64,000 nt of DNA, taken from assembly GCA_903873905.1 (NCBI GenBank), contig CAIQQJ010000145.1, positions 10,439-74,438 of the forward strand. Direction: 5' to 3'. The notes under the pieces are model-generated. The model searched no databases. It saw nothing but the letters and a program-made list of their open reading frames with translations, and was not told the origin of the DNA. Position 1 is the stretch's first letter. Every line of letters begins with the position of its first letter. Shown piece by piece: positions 30,611 to 38,968 of the stretch. The position numbers and the translations under genes were made by a program. This DNA is from an uncultured Flavobacteriales bacterium (GTDB lineage Bacteria > Bacteroidota > Bacteroidia > Palsa-965).

Positions 30611-30694
30611 ATTCCCAAATAAGACTACTAGTCAATAGGATGCTAGCAGCTTCTTTGTTACATTTACTAACACAGAACCCCAAACTTTTCTCAT

Positions 30695-33600
30695 ATGAAA
30701 TGTAAACTTACTTTACTCGCCGTTTTATTGGCCGCCTCTTCCTTTGCAAAAATTTATTTAGGCGTTGAAGCAGCAAAACTTGTTCCTGGCACTGACAAAA
30801 TTATTGTGGATGACCAACGCCAGACATTTTCGTTTGTGCATTTCGGAACACAACCCGTTTCTGGAGATCACAACTCTTTTCTGAAACAGATTTTCGGATC
30901 TGAAAATGAAATAAGTTTCCAATTGTATTCAACCGAAGCTGATAAAATTGGATGGACAAATTACCGCTATTATCAATTGTACAAAAACATTCGTGTGGAA
31001 GGAGCGGTTTATTATGTGCATGTGAAAGATGGAAAAATAATCTCTGCGAATGGAGCGTATTATTCTGGGATTTCTGCAAATGTAAATCCAATAATTTCAT
31101 TTTCAGATGCAGTTATTACAGCGAAAAAAGATTTGAATTCAACGCGCCTTGGTGATGAAAAAAATATTGAAGCGCCTTATTTGGTTTTATTCCGTGATCA
31201 ACAAAATAAGTATCGCCTCTGTTGGAAAACGGATGCATGGTCACTTTCCCCAATGAAAAGATTCTATTATTTCGTGGATGCAATCACCGGAAAAATCATC
31301 GGAAAAAATTCACGCATTTGCGACAATGATAGTCATGGAACAGCGGTAACTGTATATAATGGTGTACATGCCATTACAACAGATAGTACTTCTCCAACAA
31401 ACTTTCGACTTGCAGAATCAGGCAGAAATATTTTAACACATGCACCTGGACCAGCAGATGTAATAGACAATGACAATTATTGGAACAACACTTCAAACCT
31501 TGACAACTATGCAACAGACGCACATTGGGGAATTGAAATGACCCATGATTTTTATTTGAATTCATTGGGAAGACTTGGACAAGACGGATTGGGTTTGCCA
31601 TGTGACATTCAAGTTCATGATGGATTATATGTCAATGCATATTGGTCAGGGACAGGAATTCTTTTTGGCGATGGCGATGGCACACAATACACACCGCTTA
31701 CTTCCTTGGAAATTGTTTCACATGAATATACACATGGCGTTACACAATACACAGCGAATCTAAATTACTCTGGAGAATCGGGAGCGCTCAACGAATCGTT
31801 CAGTGATGTTTTTGGAAACACAATGCGATTTACTTATTCTCCAAGCGTGGCATCGTGGTTGGTGGGTGATCAAATTGTAATTCCAAATATGGGCGGAACT
31901 CCTTTCCGCGACATGTCAAATCCAAATGCATTTCAATGCGCAGATACTTATGGTGGATTGTATTGGAACAATGGTGACATCGTACACTACGATAGTGGCG
32001 TTCAGAATTATTGGTATTATTTATTGGTAACTGGAGGATCAGGAACAAATGATATTGGAAATGCATTCAGTGTTTCTGGTATCGGATTGACAGATGCAAT
32101 TCAAATTGCCTATAGAAATCTTGCCACCTATCTCACTCCAAATTCAACTTTTGCTGATGCTGCAACTTTCGCTTCACAATCTGCAGATGATCTATTCGGT
32201 TCTTGTTCCAACCAATTGATTCAAACTGCAAATGCATGGTATGCATGTGGTGTTGGAACGCCATTTAGCGGAGTTGTTACTTCAGCTTTTGTTGCAAGTC
32301 CTGCAATCAGTTGTTCGGCTCCTGCAAATGTTTCATTCATCAATAACAGTTGGAATGCCACAACTTATAATTGGAATTTTGGAGATGGTAATTTTTCAAC
32401 AGCAACAAACCCTACGCACACCTATGCGCTTCCAGGAAATTACAATGTCACACTTATAGCAACAGGAGTTGGCAATTGTGTTGGTGCCGATACATTGCTG
32501 ATCAATGCAGCCGTTGTTGTGAATAATGTTCCAGGACCAGTTCCTACCTCTTGTAATCCTGCAACCACAAATTACTGTTGTGGATATGGAATTACCAATG
32601 TGAATTTTCATAGCATCAACTGGACTTCTGCAGATGCAATTGATGGTTATAGTGATTTCACCTGTGCAGATTCTACCTTGATCGTTGCTGGAAATCCCTA
32701 TCCATTTTCTGTTGCTGTCAATTCAAATTCACCCAATGGTTTTGGTGAAAGGGTGAGTGCTTGGATTGATTACAACAATGATGGTATTTTCAATAACACC
32801 AATGAACTTATTTATTCCGATTCAGGTTCTGCAGTTAGTATTCATAATGGAATTATACACACACCAACAACAGCAACATTGAATACGCGCTTACGCATGC
32901 GTGTCATTTCTGATGCACAAACAAACGTGATTACAGGAGCATGTTATTCACCTTTGAAAGGACAAGTGGAAGATTACATGGTTTATTTCATTGCAAATAC
33001 TTTGGCTCCTGATGCAATGTTCACCGCCAACATTACAACTGTTCCAGTAGGCAACACCGTTAATTTTACGGATTTATCCATGAATGCTCCAACCTCTTGG
33101 CATTGGATAATTACAGGAGGGTTTCCAGGAACATCTACGAATCAAAATCCTTCAAATATTCTTTATTCTACTGCTGGAATTTATCCAGTGAAATTGGTTG
33201 CAACAAATGGCTTTGGTTCAGATAGTTTGACTCAAATCTCCTATATCAATGTTGTGAATTCATCGAATATTTGTCAGAACACAACAATGAGTTCCAATTC
33301 AGGATTGATTTATGATTCAGGCGGACCAACAGGCGATTATATTGATCTTGAAAATTGCAGCTTTCTGATTAATCCATGCGGAGCAAATCTTCAACTCACA
33401 TTTTCAAATTTCAACTTGGAAACTTCGTATGACTTCCTCACGATTTACGATGGAACAAGTGCTGCTGCTCCATTGGTTGGTTCTTATACCGGCAATGCAC
33501 TTCCACCAGTTGTAAATTCAACTTCCGGAAAATTATTTCTCGTATTCACTTCCGATTATTCTGTCGTCTATTCTGGATTTGCTGCCAATTGGACCTCCAC

Positions 33601-34126
33601 TCCTATTGGAAATGCACCCGCTGCAAGCTTCAGTTATACACCGGCAGCTCCTGCCGCATTAATTCCAATTCAGTTTACAGATCAATCGCTCAATTCTCCA
33701 ACCTCTTGGTTCTGGGATTTTGGCGATTTGGGAAATTCTATCGTACAAAACCCATTACATGCTTATGCAAATTCAGGAACTTATACGGTAACGTTAATCG
33801 CAATGAATTGCATTTCCAGCGATACAACATCTTTTGTGCTTACTGTTTTGCCCAATGGAGTTGAAGAGAATTTTTCATCGAATGATTTCTCTGTTTATCC
33901 AAATCCATTTTCGTCCACAGCTACCATTCAGTTCAGCGATGTTGTTGATATTTCAAAATTGAAAATAGAACTCGTTGATCTTAGCGGAAGAGTTGTCCGT
34001 GTTATTACACCACAAAATCACAAAGTACAACTTGATCGTTCTGGGCTTTCTTCTGGAATGTATTTCATGAATGTTTATGCCAATGAGAAATTGGCGGGTA
34101 GCAGAAAAATTGTGCTGAATGATTAA
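30695..34126 (+). CDS. M4 (thermolysin-family) metalloprotease with FTP/PepSY propeptide, PKD, GEVED and CUB domains and T9SS CTD
   Basis: NAYW, HEYTH, GALNESFSD, VHYDSG; PKD WNFGDG; GQVEDY; CUB YDSGG...YDFLTIYDG...F.SD; YPNP CTD. Confidence 0.95.
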   Translation: MKCKLTLLAVLLAASSFAKIYLGVEAAKLVPGTDKIIVDDQRQTFSFVHFGTQPVSGDHNSFLKQIFGSENEISFQLYSTEADKIGWTNYRYYQLYKNIRVEGAVYYVHVKDGKIISANGAYYSGISANVNPIISFSDAVITAKKDLNSTRLGDEKNIEAPYLVLFRDQQNKYRLCWKTDAWSLSPMKRFYYFVDAITGKIIGKNSRICDNDSHGTAVTVYNGVHAITTDSTSPTNFRLAESGRNILTHAPGPADVIDNDNYWNNTSNLDNYATDAHWGIEMTHDFYLNSLGRLGQDGLGLPCDIQVHDGLYVNAYWSGTGILFGDGDGTQYTPLTSLEIVSHEYTHGVTQYTANLNYSGESGALNESFSDVFGNTMRFTYSPSVASWLVGDQIVIPNMGGTPFRDMSNPNAFQCADTYGGLYWNNGDIVHYDSGVQNYWYYLLVTGGSGTNDIGNAFSVSGIGLTDAIQIAYRNLATYLTPNSTFADAATFASQSADDLFGSCSNQLIQTANAWYACGVGTPFSGVVTSAFVASPAISCSAPANVSFINNSWNATTYNWNFGDGNFSTATNPTHTYALPGNYNVTLIATGVGNCVGADTLLINAAVVVNNVPGPVPTSCNPATTNYCCGYGITNVNFHSINWTSADAIDGYSDFTCADSTLIVAGNPYPFSVAVNSNSPNGFGERVSAWIDYNNDGIFNNTNELIYSDSGSAVSIHNGIIHTPTTATLNTRLRMRVISDAQTNVITGACYSPLKGQVEDYMVYFIANTLAPDAMFTANITTVPVGNTVNFTDLSMNAPTSWHWIITGGFPGTSTNQNPSNILYSTAGIYPVKLVATNGFGSDSLTQISYINVVNSSNICQNTTMSSNSGLIYDSGGPTGDYIDLENCSFLINPCGANLQLTFSNFNLETSYDFLTIYDGTSAAAPLVGSYTGNALPPVVNSTSGKLFLVFTSDYSVVYSGFAANWTSTPIGNAPAASFSYTPAAPAALIPIQFTDQSLNSPTSWFWDFGDLGNSIVQNPLHAYANSGTYTVTLIAMNCISSDTTSFVLTVLPNGVEENFSSNDFSVYPNPFSSTATIQFSDVVDISKLKIELVDLSGRVVRVITPQNHKVQLDRSGLSSGMYFMNVYANEKLAGSRKIVLND

Positions 34127-34159
34127 TTAAAAAATAAAACTCACAGAAAAAAATAGATT

Positions 34160-34732
34160 ATGTATAATTTGAAAATCATTTCTTCGACGATAAGACCAGG
34201 AAGAAAAGGCCCTATGATAGCTGGATGGATTGCTGAAAAGGCAATGCAATCAGGAAATTTCAATGTGGAAGTACTCGATCTCGGAGCAATCAATTTGCCG
34301 ATGATGAATGAAGCGAATCATCCAATTTTGAAAAAATACGAACATGAGCACACAAAAAAATGGAGTGCTAAAATTGAAGAAGCGGATGCATTTATTTTTG
34401 TAACTGCCGAATACGATTACAATTATCCTGCACCATTGAGAAATGCGATTGAATATCTCGTTCATGAATGGTCTTATAAAGCTGCGGGAATTGTTAGTTA
34501 TGGAGGCGTTTCAGCTGGAACAAGAGCGGCAAATAGTTTGAAAGCGGATCTGTCTACAATGAAAATTGTACCAATGATGGAAGCTGTGAATTTCCCTTTC
34601 TACAACAAATTAATCAATGACAATGGCGAATTCGTTCCCAATGAAACATCACACAAAGCAGCGGAAGCCATGCTAACAGAAATTGTTCGTTGGACAAAAG
34701 GCCTGAAACTTATTAAGGAAAATAAATTCTAA
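34160..34732 (+). CDS. NADPH-dependent FMN reductase
   Basis: STIRPGR, ADAFIFVTAEY...LRNAI, VSYGG.SAG.RA. Confidence 0.9.
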   Translation: MYNLKIISSTIRPGRKGPMIAGWIAEKAMQSGNFNVEVLDLGAINLPMMNEANHPILKKYEHEHTKKWSAKIEEADAFIFVTAEYDYNYPAPLRNAIEYLVHEWSYKAAGIVSYGGVSAGTRAANSLKADLSTMKIVPMMEAVNFPFYNKLINDNGEFVPNETSHKAAEAMLTEIVRWTKGLKLIKENKF

Positions 34733-34733
34733 A

Positions 34734-35372
34734 ATGAAAGTAGAAATCTGGTCGGATGTAATGTGTCCGTTCTGTTATATCGGGAAACGTAAATTTGAAA
34801 ATGCACTTTCAGAATTTGATCATAAAGGTGAGGTAGAAATTATCTGGAAAAGTTTTCAGTTGAATCCTGCAATGAAAACCGAGCCCGGAAAAAATATCAA
34901 TCAATATCTTGCAGAACTGAAAAGTTGGTCGATTGCAGAGGCGAAAGAAATGAACGATCGTGTTTCAGGAATGGCAAAGGAAGTTGGCTTGAATTATGAT
35001 TTCGACAAGGCGATTGTTGCGAATTCTTTTGATGCACATCGACTCATACAATTTGCCAAGACCAAGAAAAAAGGTGATGAGGCGGAAGAGCGAATTTTCA
35101 AAGCCTATTTCACTGAAGGGAAAAACACGGATGATCATTCAACACTTCTTCAACTTGGAAAAGAAATCGGATTGGATGAAAATGAATTGAAGGAAATATT
35201 GGAAAGTGAAAGGTTTTCACAGGAAGTCCATAATGACATCGAAGAGGCGCAACTAATTGGAGTAAGAGGTGTTCCTTTTTTTGTGTTTGATAGAAAGTTG
35301 GCTGTTTCCGGTGCACAACCTCAACAGGTTTTCATGGACACATTAAAGAAAGCTTGGAAAGAGAAAAATTGA
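34734..35372 (+). CDS. DsbA-family (FrnE-like) oxidoreductase
   Basis: WSDVMCPFCYIG; GVRGVPFFV...SGAQP. Confidence 0.93.
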   Translation: MKVEIWSDVMCPFCYIGKRKFENALSEFDHKGEVEIIWKSFQLNPAMKTEPGKNINQYLAELKSWSIAEAKEMNDRVSGMAKEVGLNYDFDKAIVANSFDAHRLIQFAKTKKKGDEAEERIFKAYFTEGKNTDDHSTLLQLGKEIGLDENELKEILESERFSQEVHNDIEEAQLIGVRGVPFFVFDRKLAVSGAQPQQVFMDTLKKAWKEKN

Positions 35373-35488
35373 AATGTCCTTAGTGGATTTTTTTGATTTT
35401 CAGGATATTTGGGTGTGATTAATGTTCCCAATACAGTGCAAATCAGTGATTCGCCAAAAAATCAAGGAATTATTTGACTAACGTTTTT

Positions 35489-35510
35489 TCCCGAAGGGAC
35501 CACCCTGTGG
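35489..35510 (-). repeat. 22-nt double-hairpin insert, copy 1 (inverted)
   Basis: TCCCGAAGGGACCACCCTGTGG is the reverse complement of CCACAGGGTGGTCCCTTCGGGA; absent from the intact repeat copy. Confidence 0.95.
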
Positions 35511-35540
35511 TAATACGATCTGTTTATTATTTTTGCGACG

Positions 35541-35562
35541 CCACATAGTGGTCCCTTCGGGA
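35541..35562 (+). repeat. 22-nt double-hairpin insert, copy 2 (loop variant ATA)
   Basis: CCACATAGTGGTCCCTTCGGGA between tRNA G1 and G2 of the duplicated fragment. Confidence 0.95.
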
Positions 35563-35597
35563 GAGAAATGGCAGAGTGGTCGATCGCGGTAGTCTTG

Positions 35598-35619
35598 CCA
35601 CAGGGTGGTCCCTTCGGGA
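35598..35619 (+). repeat. 22-nt double-hairpin insert, copy 3
   Basis: CCACAGGGTGGTCCCTTCGGGA inside the anticodon (TG^A) of the duplicated fragment. Confidence 0.95.
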
Positions 35620-35652
35620 AAAACTATTGACTGTAACAATAAATTTTATTTT

Positions 35653-35895
35653 ATGTTTTTTACATATATCCTGTTAAGCAAGGTGGATGGGAAATATTAT
35701 TATGGAAGTTGTGCTAATATTGAAATAAGGTTGAAGGCCCATAACAGTGGTAAAGTTCGATCAACAAAAGGACGTCGGCCACTTGTGCTACATTACCAAG
35801 AATCCTTTGACACAAAATCTGACGCAATAAGACGAGAAAACTTTTTTAAATCCATTGACGGCTATAATTGGCTAAAAAATCAAGGAATTATTTGA
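35653..35895 (+). CDS. Small GIY-YIG nuclease (UPF0213/YhbQ/Slx1-like), 80 aa
   Basis: FTYIL.S....YYYGS.....RL..HNSG....TK.RRP....E.F.....A..RE...K pattern; ATG at 35653. Confidence 0.92.
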   Translation: MFFTYILLSKVDGKYYYGSCANIEIRLKAHNSGKVRSTKGRRPLVLHYQESFDTKSDAIRRENFFKSIDGYNWLKNQGII

Positions 35896-35923
35896 CTAAC
35901 GTTTTTTAATACGATCTGTTTAT

Positions 35924-35931
35924 TACTTTTG
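35924..35931 (+). promoter_or_regulatory. -7 box TACTTTTG of tRNA-Ser
   Basis: TAnnTTTG 5 bp upstream of the tRNA. Confidence 0.7.
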
Positions 35932-35935
35932 CGAC

Positions 35936-36020
35936 GGAGAAATGGCAGAGTGGTCGATCGCGGTAGTCTTGAAAACTATTGACTGTAATAGGTCCGGGGG
36001 TTCGAATCCCTCTTTCTCCG
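35936..36020 (+). tRNA. tRNA-Ser (anticodon TGA), CCA not encoded
   Basis: Acceptor stem GGAGAAA/TTTCTCC; D arm GCAGAGTGGTCGATCGC; anticodon arm GTAGT-CTTGAAA-ACTAT; long variable arm; GGGGG-TTCGAAT-CCCTC; discriminator G. Confidence 0.97.
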
Positions 36021-36026
36021 CGGAAT

Positions 36027-36072
36027 AAATGAAAAATCCTTTGAACTCGAGAGTTTAAAGGATTTTTCATTT
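36027..36072. terminator. Long hairpin, probable terminator after tRNA-Ser
   Basis: AAATGAAAAATCCTTTGAACTC-GA-GAGTTTAAAGGATTTTTCATTT. Confidence 0.75.
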
Positions 36073-36161
36073 TAAGACTTTTTGATCACAAAATTGCTCG
36101 ATTAGAAAAAACCCCCTCTTTTCAGAAGGGATTTTCATTAAACAGGATACTTAAATTCCAT

Positions 36162-36434
36162 TTAATTCGCGGACTTCAAAAACTCGACAATTTTATCCGT
36201 TTCCATTTTTGTAAGATTGGCACGATCCTGCATGTGTAATCCAATCGTTTTCCATTGTTCGTCGTTGAATTCGGTTGGAGAAGGTCCATTATGACAGCGG
36301 ATGCAATTTTCCGCCCAAAGTTGTGCGCCAGATTTGGCTTCAACAATCTGTTTTGCAGATGAACAACCTTGAGCAATTATGATTGTCATCAAAAGAGAAA
36401 ACAGAAATCCAATTATATATTTTGATTTTTTCAT
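36162..36434 (-). CDS. Small monoheme cytochrome c lipoprotein
   Basis: Lipobox AQGC; GAQLWAENCIRCH; distal HM. Confidence 0.88.
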   Translation of the reverse strand: MKKSKYIIGFLFSLLMTIIIAQGCSSAKQIVEAKSGAQLWAENCIRCHNGPSPTEFNDEQWKTIGLHMQDRANLTKMETDKIVEFLKSAN

Positions 36435-36453
36435 GGCTATATATTTTAATTTT

Positions 36454-37683
36454 TTACAATCCTGTTGCTACGTGAATGAGAAACATACTTGTCTTCATGC
36501 CGCTCATACCTGGCATATTTCCCATTCCCGATCCTCCCATAGCACCATCGGAAATTTGGTAGCTGATTTTTAAAACTGTTCTCCATACAAACCAGTAATT
36601 CAGGCCGACCTCTATTTGTGATTGATTGCTGTACCATAGCGACCCTTTCGGTGTATTGTAAACGGAATATCTACCAACCAACTCAAAGTTCCTGAGCACA
36701 TTATTAGCAACCAAAGCAGGCCGATAAGCGAGCTGCACATAATAGGAGGAACATTTATTTGTAAATGTGTAACGAGTGGTATCCTCCGGATTAAGGTAAG
36801 TGGCTTTACTCACATTTGAAATATTGTGCTGCCCTTTAATGTCAATAGTCCCTTTGATAAGGTTAATGACTTTTATGTAAGCCACATCACCAGCAAAAAG
36901 CAAAGCCGTAACATCTTTATAATTTAAATCCTCATTAAGAGTATCGCCAGCAAATGGAGACGTTTTTGATCCAGGTTTTGCATAATATCCAGAAACCCCA
37001 ATTTCCAAAGATGAATTTGAAAAAGGCAAAAAACCAATTCTAGCTCCAACAGCCTTGTTGTTATTATTATCATTTGCATTTTCAAACGACAACATTCCTG
37101 CTTCGGTTGGTTCTTCAGTTCCATCTTTTATCCTAGGACCATTTACACAAAACAAGGAATAGCTCAATTTGGATTTTCCAACTTGCAATCCTCCTCGCAC
37201 CTCAACACCAATATCCGCCATCGGCAACATACCATCATGACCAACACCAAGAGGAGCCGAACTGAATTTATTTACCCATGATGGATGAAATTTTTCACCA
37301 AAAGTTCCAAAAGGAATTAGAATCTTCCCAACTTTCACAACGACACCTTTTGAAACAACAAAGGATGCATTGGCATAACCCAAATTCAAACCAAATTGGT
37401 TCGACATGTATTCCATTTCCAATTCACTTTCAAAAAGGAAACGATCTCCTTGTCGCCACAACAAAACCGGATTAAAAGATGTCATATTAAAATTCACATT
37501 ATCGGATCCTGCATCCAATCCAAATTGTGAAAAACCGCGAATCATGAAATTTGTATTCGGATCTCTTTTTAAAGTTGTGACATCATCCTTTAAATTATTG
37601 ATTTGGTCTTGAATAGTATCCTGTGCTTTAAGAGCACCAAAACACAAAACAAACCCTCCTGCTAAAATCAGTTTTTGTAGCAT
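36454..37683 (-). CDS. Outer-membrane beta-barrel (porin-like) with Met-rich loop
   Basis: Signal peptide; short coiled coil; alternating beta strands (FESELE, VKVGKILIPFG, LVGRY, GLNYW); GAMGGSGMGNMPGMSGMK near the C-terminus. Confidence 0.8.
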   Translation of the reverse strand: MLQKLILAGGFVLCFGALKAQDTIQDQINNLKDDVTTLKRDPNTNFMIRGFSQFGLDAGSDNVNFNMTSFNPVLLWRQGDRFLFESELEMEYMSNQFGLNLGYANASFVVSKGVVVKVGKILIPFGTFGEKFHPSWVNKFSSAPLGVGHDGMLPMADIGVEVRGGLQVGKSKLSYSLFCVNGPRIKDGTEEPTEAGMLSFENANDNNNNKAVGARIGFLPFSNSSLEIGVSGYYAKPGSKTSPFAGDTLNEDLNYKDVTALLFAGDVAYIKVINLIKGTIDIKGQHNISNVSKATYLNPEDTTRYTFTNKCSSYYVQLAYRPALVANNVLRNFELVGRYSVYNTPKGSLWYSNQSQIEVGLNYWFVWRTVLKISYQISDGAMGGSGMGNMPGMSGMKTSMFLIHVATGL

Positions 37684-37687
37684 GATT

Positions 37688-38086
37688 CTATTTTTTAAAA
37701 GTTCTTAAATAATTTACCAATTGCCAGCGTTGAGTTTCTGTCAGCAAAGCTTTGTAACTCGCCATTGGTGCGCGTCCTGTAGTCATTTTCCAAAATAGTG
37801 AACCGTCGCTTTCTGCTTGTACTTTTGGAAGGGTGTAATTTGCTGGACGTGGAGTAAGTGCAAGTCCTGCTACTCCATCGCCTTTTCCCTTTTCACCATG
37901 ACACATAACACACATGGCTGTGTAGGTCTTTTTTCCTTCTGCTGTTGCAGTTTCATTTCCTTTCAATGGATTAACCAAAGTATCAACGACTGAAGGTGCA
38001 ACCCATGGTGTGTAAGCAAAACAAAACACAGCAATAGAAAAGCTGAGTACAACAATAATCCCTAGTGAATAAATTAATTTTCTCAT
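37688..38086 (-). CDS. Monoheme c-type cytochrome
   Basis: NPL....EGKK.Y...CVMCHG.KGKGDG...SDGSLFWK...G..PM..Y...W.LVNYLR. Confidence 0.93.
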   Translation of the reverse strand: MRKLIYSLGIIVVLSFSIAVFCFAYTPWVAPSVVDTLVNPLKGNETATAEGKKTYTAMCVMCHGEKGKGDGVAGLALTPRPANYTLPKVQAESDGSLFWKMTTGRAPMASYKALLTETQRWQLVNYLRTFKK

Positions 38087-38097
38087 TATTTCTAGAA

Positions 38098-38409
38098 TTA
38101 GTTAATGGTAACGGTCTTTGTCGTCTCGTCCATTTTTTTTCCATTCTTACTCATGGCCATAATCTTTACAGTATAGGTTCCTGCTGTAGTGTAGGTATGA
38201 GAAGGATTTGCTTCAGTTGGAGTACCTCCATCGCCAAAATCCCAACTGTAATTATCTGCATCCATACTGCAAGTTGAACTGAAACTCATTGCTGTTCCTA
38301 CGGTTCCAGTTGAAGCAAAATCGCAGCATGCCATTGGCTTTTTCATACAACCTGTAGAAGCAAGGATGAGTACGAACAATACATTGAGGAATATTAATTT
38401 GGTCTTCAT
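38098..38409 (-). CDS. PKD-domain lipoprotein
   Basis: Start at MKTKLIF; lipobox STGC; YSWDFGDG...NPSHTY..AGTYTV. Confidence 0.85.
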   Translation of the reverse strand: MKTKLIFLNVLFVLILASTGCMKKPMACCDFASTGTVGTAMSFSSTCSMDADNYSWDFGDGGTPTEANPSHTYTTAGTYTVKIMAMSKNGKKMDETTKTVTIN

Positions 38410-38545
38410 GTTATCTTGATTTTTAATATTAATAGGAAGGGTTATTAATAGAACAATAGGCTTGCGGAAAGCAAGCAAAAATAAAATACAAAAGTCCCAC
38501 ACACTCTTCAATCTGAAGAGCAGAAGAAATTCTGTTTAGGAAAAT

Positions 38546-38968
38546 TTAAATCCGGAAAACCGCTATGAATGGCAGATGCACCGATGAAAGATCGGGAGGT
38601 GGTCGATAACAAACGAAATTCTTAAATTCAAAAACTTGCGGAACAAAAATATAGTCAAGTTGTATTGTTGCATGACTAAAATCGAAAAGGCCTAAAGCAA
38701 ATTTATCAGGTGAATAAAAAACATCAGAATTTATTTTCTGAAATTGATCATGACAACATTGGGCATTGTCAATTGTTGTGGTTGAAAAATTATGGCAGTT
38801 GGTTCTGCAATTGTTTTTATGCCCTTCCATTCCACAAGTCGCTTGGCCATAACCAAAAACGATTTTGAATTGAGCCAAATGATTGCCGCAAAAATGAAAT
38901 GCAATACCCATTCTCAACGAAAGCTCGAGAATTAGGAATGCCATGGAAAATGCAATTGTCCTTTTCAT
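38546..38968 (-). CDS. HYC_CC_PP-family protein (metal-associated)
   Basis: HFCG...CGM...CC...RPPP...VFRI pattern. Confidence 0.85.
   Translation of the reverse strand: MKRTIAFSMAFLILELSLRMGIAFHFCGNHLAQFKIVFGYGQATCGMEGHKNNCRTNCHNFSTTTIDNAQCCHDQFQKINSDVFYSPDKFALGLFDFSHATIQLDYIFVPQVFEFKNFVCYRPPPDLSSVHLPFIAVFRI

Larger units (their letters stand above)
35540..35636 (+). pseudogene. Truncated, doubly interrupted 5' fragment of tRNA-Ser(TGA)
   Basis: Identical to the first 53 nt of the tRNA at 35936 once two inserts are removed; lacks the T arm and the 3' acceptor strand. Confidence 0.9.
35456..35988 (+). mobile_element. Minimal GIY-YIG element: 237 bp of unique sequence (35637-35873) between two 115-bp direct repeats of the tRNA-Ser promoter plus 5' part
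   Basis: 35456..35636 with three 22-nt inserts removed matches 35874..35988 at 114 of 115 positions. Confidence 0.8.

Noticed and set aside
35489-35619. CRISPR mini-array (22-nt repeats with 30- and 35-nt spacers)
   Set aside because: The first repeat is inverted, the 'spacers' are consecutive pieces of the adjacent tRNA locus, and no cas genes are in the window. Insertions into a duplicated segment explain it better.
35598-35619. tRNA intron in the anticodon loop
   Set aside because: The same unit occurs at two non-anticodon sites, the host fragment lacks its 3' half, and 22 nt is far too short for a group I intron.
35605-35652. GTG-started N-terminal extension of the GIY-YIG ORF (MVPSGKTIDC...)
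   Set aside because: It is read from insert 3 and the tRNA fragment. The family pattern begins at the ATG at 35653.
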